Assembly: GCA_018896875.1 (NCBI GenBank)
Contig: JAHILT010000006.1
Span: forward strand, 12,605 to 76,604
DNA: 64,000 nt
Direction of reading: 5' to 3'
From: Patescibacteria group bacterium
Lineage (GTDB): Bacteria > Patescibacteriota > Minisyncoccia > UBA6257 > 02-FULL-45-10c
The translations under genes were made by a program, and so were the position numbers. Positions 60,200-64,000 of this stretch are shown piece after piece. The notes under the pieces are model-generated. The model made no database searches. It had not been told where the DNA came from and was given only the letters and a program-made list of their open reading frames with translations. The first letter of the stretch is position 1. Every line of letters starts with the position of its first letter.

Positions 60200-61258
60200 A
60201 TGACTTTAGAATTTTTATTATTTATAATATTAACTGCATTATTAATTGGCTTTGTTTTTATTTTTATTTCTTTAAAAAAATACTTATTACTTAGCGAAAA
60301 AAACAAGACAGACGATTCGTCTGTTTTGCTTTTACAAAATCAGCTTCATGAAATAACTAAAAGATTAGATATTAGCAAAGGAGAAATGAGTAATACTATG
60401 CAACGTCAATTTAGCGAGAGCGCTAATATAATACGTGATGTTACTGAAAGACTTACGAAGCTTGATGAAACTAACAAGCAGGTAGTTGGTTTTGCTGATC
60501 AACTTAAAAATTTACAAAATATTTTAAAAAATCCAAAACAAAGAGGAGTGTTAGGCGAATATTACTTAGAGACTTTGTTAAAAAATGTGATGCCACCAGG
60601 GGCTTTTGAAATGCAATATAAGTTTAAGAATGGAGAAATTGTAGACGCAGTTGTTTTTGTAAAAGACAAGATTATTCCGATTGATTCAAAATTTAGTTTA
60701 GAAAACTACAATAGAATTATAGAAGAAAATGATCCAGCTAGGCATACTGAGCTTGAAAAAATATTTAAGCAAGATTTAAAAAATAGAATTGACGAAACTT
60801 CAAAATATATAAAACCAGAAGAGGGAACAATGGAATTCGCTTTTATGTTTATTCCAGCAGAAGGTATTTATTACGATCTTTTAGTAAATAAAGTTGGTAC
60901 GATTAAATCTAATACACAAGATTTAATTCAATATGCTTTTAGAGAAAAGAAAGTTATTATCGTTTCACCAACATCTTTTTTGGCTTATTTACAAACTGTT
61001 TTACAGGGGCTTAAAGCTTTACGAATTGAAGAAACTGCCAAAGAAATTAAAAAAAGAGTTGAAGGACTAGGGAAACACCTAATGAGTTATGAAACTTATA
61101 TGAAAAAACTTGGAGGACACTTAGGAACTACAGTTAGTATGTATAACAATGCTAACAAAGAATTTAGTAAAATAGATAAAGATGTTTTAAAAATTACAGG
61201 AGAGTCTATTGGTATAAAATCAGAGTCCTTAGAGGCTCCAGAAAATTTAGAAGAATAG
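60200..61258 (+). CDS. rmuC: DNA recombination protein RmuC
   Basis: N-terminal TM plus coiled-coil. RGVLGEYYLETLL and FMFIPAEGIYY motifs. Confidence 0.85.
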   Translation: MTLEFLLFIILTALLIGFVFIFISLKKYLLLSEKNKTDDSSVLLLQNQLHEITKRLDISKGEMSNTMQRQFSESANIIRDVTERLTKLDETNKQVVGFADQLKNLQNILKNPKQRGVLGEYYLETLLKNVMPPGAFEMQYKFKNGEIVDAVVFVKDKIIPIDSKFSLENYNRIIEENDPARHTELEKIFKQDLKNRIDETSKYIKPEEGTMEFAFMFIPAEGIYYDLLVNKVGTIKSNTQDLIQYAFREKKVIIVSPTSFLAYLQTVLQGLKALRIEETAKEIKKRVEGLGKHLMSYETYMKKLGGHLGTTVSMYNNANKEFSKIDKDVLKITGESIGIKSESLEAPENLEE

Positions 61259-61285
61259 TGACTTATTAATTAGAAATTAATAATT

Positions 61286-61448
61286 ATGGATTCAATTGAA
61301 TTAAGAAAGAAACCAGAGCACATAAATTTTATTTATGTGCTCGGTCGAGCCCATAGTGTTTTACACTATGTGCTTATATAATTTAATAACTAATTTTATT
61401 AAACTATTTAATATAACAAATATGACATCTATTGAATTAAGAAAGAAA
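61286..61448 (+). repeat. Duplicated alaS 5' end flanking a 118-nt hairpin-bearing insert
   Basis: ATTGAATTAAGAAAGAAA at 61295-61312 and 61431-61448, each 9 nt after an ATG (61286 and 61422). Insert hairpins are GAGCACATAAA-TTTTA-TTTATGTGCTC and CATAGTGT-TTT-ACACTATG. Confidence 0.85.
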
Positions 61449-63326
61449 TTTTTAAATTTTTTCAAGGATAGAAATCATACAGTTGTTTCGTCTTCTTCTT
61501 TGGTGCCGAATGATTCTTCGGTGCTTTTGACAACTGCTGGAATGCAACAATTTAAACCGTATTATACAGGCAAGGTTGATCCAATAAGAGATTTTGGTAG
61601 TAAGAGCACGGTTTCAATTCAGAAATGTTTTAGAACTTCTGATATTGAAGAAGTAGGAGACGACACACATCTTTCATTCTTTGAAATGTTTGGCAATTTT
61701 TCTTTTGGTGATTATTTTAAAAAAGAAGCAATCCATTATGCTTATAAATTTGTGGTTGAAGAACTTGGAATTGAAAGAAATAGAATTTACGTAACAATTT
61801 TTGCTGGTGATAATTCTGTCTCTGGAGACGAAGAATCTTTTAAAATTTGGAACGAAGAAATTGGGTTGCCTAAAAAACAGATAAAACGAAGAGGTCGCTC
61901 GGACAATTGGTGGGGACCAACTGGCAGCGAAGGTCCTTGTGGTCCAACTACAGAAATTTATGTTGCCAAAAATTTAGATGACGCAAGATTAGGCAATGGG
62001 TTAGAAATATGGAATATTGTTTTTAATGAATATTATCAGAACAAAAAAGGAGATTTTGATAAATTAGAAATACCGGGAATTGATACGGGAATGGGTTTGG
62101 AGAGATTAGCTGTTATGACACAGGGAGCTAATAATATTTTTGAAACAGATTTATTCATTCCTATAATAAGGCAAATTAAAGAAGTGAGTAATGGATTAGA
62201 ACCCCGAATTATAAGAATTTTGGCCGACCACATTCGCTCATCTATTTTTTTAATTGCTGATGGTGTTAGACCGTCAAACAAAGAAACAGGCTATATTTTA
62301 AGAAGATTTTTAAGAAAAGTTATAGTTTATGGTTCTAAATACGATATTCATGCTGATTTATTTCCAGTTGTTTTAGAGAGGGTCGCTGAAATTTTTGGAG
62401 AAATTTATCCAGACCTAAAAAATAAGGAAGAAATTTTGAATGTTTATTATGAAGAAAAGGGGAAATTCAATAAAGCGCTAAGCAATGGATTAAAAATTTT
62501 TAATGATTTTGTTTTACGAATAAAACCAGAAAACTCAATACATAAATTACAAAAAATTTTAGGTATTGGTCGTTTTCAAAATATATTTCATGGCAAAGAA
62601 GCTTTCTCTCTTTATGAAACCTATGGGCTTCCTAAGGAATTAATACAAGAATTTTGCGAAGAAAAAGGGATTGTTTTTGACGAAAAAGGCTTTGATGAAG
62701 AATACAAGAAGCATCAAGAAGTTTCTCGGGCTGGATCTGAGAAGAAATTTGGCGGACATGGTTTAGTTTTGGATACAGGAGAATTAAAAGCTGGATCTCA
62801 GGAAGATTCAGAAAAAGTTATTAAATTACATACTGCTACTCATTTACTTCAGCAAGCGTTACGTAATGTCTTGGGTAATGATGTTAAACAAATGGGGTCA
62901 GATATTAATTCCGAAAGAGGAAGATTTGATTTTTCTTTTAATAGAAAACTCACGGAAGAAGAAATTGAGAAAGTAGAGGAAGAAATAAATGAAATAATAA
63001 ACAAAGACCTTCCAGTTTATTATAAAGAAATGTCTATAGAAGAAGCTAAAGAAACAGGAGCGCTTTATTTCTTTAAGGAAAAATACCCCAATAAAGTACG
63101 AGTGTACTTTATTGGCCCGAAAGATGGCTTTCCTTCGACAAGCTCCCGCCCAGCAGAGCTGGGCGAGGCTCGCCCCAAAGGGGTGGCAGGACGTGCTTAT
63201 AGCGTAGAATTTTGCGGAGGACCACACGTAGAGAACACTCTTAAAGTTGGAAAGTTCAAAATACAAAAACAAGAATCTGTTGGGGCAGGGGTAAGAAGAA
63301 TTAAGTTTGGAGTGATTACTGCTTGA
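61422..63326 (+). CDS. alaS: Alanine--tRNA ligase, short form (no C-Ala domain) with a GC-rich in-frame insertion
   Basis: N-terminus MTSIELRKKFLNFFKDRNH, FFEMFGNFSFGDYFK, editing-site HTATHLL and CGGPHV. The start is placed at 61422. The track start at 61335 reads through the insert. Confidence 0.9.
   Translation: MTSIELRKKFLNFFKDRNHTVVSSSSLVPNDSSVLLTTAGMQQFKPYYTGKVDPIRDFGSKSTVSIQKCFRTSDIEEVGDDTHLSFFEMFGNFSFGDYFKKEAIHYAYKFVVEELGIERNRIYVTIFAGDNSVSGDEESFKIWNEEIGLPKKQIKRRGRSDNWWGPTGSEGPCGPTTEIYVAKNLDDARLGNGLEIWNIVFNEYYQNKKGDFDKLEIPGIDTGMGLERLAVMTQGANNIFETDLFIPIIRQIKEVSNGLEPRIIRILADHIRSSIFLIADGVRPSNKETGYILRRFLRKVIVYGSKYDIHADLFPVVLERVAEIFGEIYPDLKNKEEILNVYYEEKGKFNKALSNGLKIFNDFVLRIKPENSIHKLQKILGIGRFQNIFHGKEAFSLYETYGLPKELIQEFCEEKGIVFDEKGFDEEYKKHQEVSRAGSEKKFGGHGLVLDTGELKAGSQEDSEKVIKLHTATHLLQQALRNVLGNDVKQMGSDINSERGRFDFSFNRKLTEEEIEKVEEEINEIINKDLPVYYKEMSIEEAKETGALYFFKEKYPNKVRVYFIGPKDGFPSTSSRPAELGEARPKGVAGRAYSVEFCGGPHVENTLKVGKFKIQKQESVGAGVRRIKFGVITA
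63126..63197. repeat. GC-rich palindromic module inside alaS
   Basis: Contains CCTTCGACAAGCT (also at 29847-29859), CCCAGC-AGA-GCTGGG, and GGGCGAGGCTCGCCC (compare GGGCGGGAGGCTCGCCC in cysS at 12728-12744). Confidence 0.85.
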
Positions 63327-63367
63327 TATTGATTTCCCAGTTTGTTTTAAAAATGGTATGATAATAA

Positions 63368-64000
63368 GTGTTTAACTATACATTTTTAAAACAAGTAGTT
63401 TCTAAATTTACGGGTAAAAAACCCGATTTTTTGGTTATTGAAATAATAAATCACTATATTCAAGTTACTTTGTTAAAGGCTGATTTTAGCAATAAGAATA
63501 TTCTGATTTGTAAGAATATAACGAAAGACATTAAAAAATTAGATGTGCCTTATTTGTTAAAAGAAGTAAAAAATATTTTAAGGAAGATACCAAAAAAATC
63601 TGATTTTAATGTTATTTTGAATCTTGATTCTAGCTTAGCTTCTACTGTTTATTCTTCTGTTTCATTAATTAGATCAAAACCAAAAGAGCTAATAGATGAA
63701 GCTGATCTTGATAATTTAATATCTCAAGTTATTTGGAAATTTTTTGACAAACATAGGTCTAAAGTTTCTAAAAAAATGGGAATAGAAGAGATAGATGTTC
63801 TTTTAGGAGATGTTCGTATACGAGGGATAAAAGTTGATGGGCACAAAGTTGTAAATCCATTAGGATTTAAGGCTAAATCTGTAGAGATTTATTTGAGTGA
63901 AACTTTTACGATAAGAGATTTCATAAAAGGAATAAGAGAAATAATGCCTTTAAACAAAATTGTTTTTGTGAGTGAGGCCGGGACTATTCTTTCTCATACT
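63368..64000 (+). CDS. Partial ORF running off the window end. Hypothetical, possibly an actin-like (FtsA/PilM-type) ATPase.
   Basis: Open frame from the GTG at 63368 (in-frame TAA just upstream) to the window end, 211 codons. Only weak resemblance (LVIEIINHYIQV start, SHS2-like middle). Confidence 0.35.
   Translation, partial: MFNYTFLKQVVSKFTGKKPDFLVIEIINHYIQVTLLKADFSNKNILICKNITKDIKKLDVPYLLKEVKNILRKIPKKSDFNVILNLDSSLASTVYSSVSLIRSKPKELIDEADLDNLISQVIWKFFDKHRSKVSKKMGIEEIDVLLGDVRIRGIKVDGHKVVNPLGFKAKSVEIYLSETFTIRDFIKGIREIMPLNKIVFVSEAGTILSHT

Noticed and set aside
61259-61421. T-box riboswitch upstream of alaS
   Set aside because: There is no T-box sequence (AANNNGGGTGGTACCGCG-like), no specifier-loop architecture and no terminator or antiterminator pair with a T-run.
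1-64000. CRISPR array or prophage/integrative island
   Set aside because: No regularly spaced 25-40-nt repeats with unique spacers are present. The tandem arrays seen have 7-19-nt periods without spacers. No integrase, transposase, capsid or terminase genes are present, and I noticed no duplicated tRNA 3' ends.

Overview
AT-rich, tightly packed window of mostly housekeeping genes. By inference it comes from a small-genome CPR/Patescibacteria (Parcubacteria-like) bacterium. I support about 60 CDSs:
- rplJ-rplL
- a short dcw block (mraZ-rsmH-ftsL-ftsI-murF)
- tgt, rplU, dnaB, cysS
- a CIRCE-controlled hrcA-grpE-dnaK-X-dnaJ operon
- secDF, efp, mnmA, dus, obg, thyX
- a glycerate kinase/ppsA/2-hydroxyacid dehydrogenase/eno group
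- gyrB, secE-nusG-rplK, tmk, gatB, thrS, dnaE
- rpmF (missed by the ORF track), nusB, rnc, a short smc, rmuC, alaS

There are three tRNAs: Val-CAC, Glu-CTC and Lys-TTT. I saw no rRNA, CRISPR array, transposase, integrase or recognisable defence operon.

The unusual content is at the nucleotide level.
1. A ~130-nt inverted-repeat (MITE-like) element is present in three copies. Each is docked on a start codon, and the flanks read as a 5-bp ATGAR target duplication. Related collapsed or terminator-like derivatives occur elsewhere.
2. Several families of short GC-rich palindromic or tandem modules sit in frame inside essential genes (cysS, thrS, alaS, ppsA, mnmA and others). They occur in either orientation and in different reading frames, resembling the Rickettsia palindromic elements.
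3. Translation-initiation signals fall into two classes. Housekeeping genes lack a Shine-Dalgarno (SD) sequence. Eight mostly small orphan genes have a strong SD and their own GC-rich terminator.
4. One candidate protein module combines a sigma-region-4/HARE-HTH protein, a membrane protein and an orphan VirD4/TraD-like ATPase.
5. Several proteins have unusual architectures: a single-module Clp-like ATPase with an insertion, an ATP-cone fused to a PD-(D/E)xK nuclease, a hinge-less short SMC, and a truncated AlaRS.

All functional calls rest on motifs read by eye. No database search was possible.
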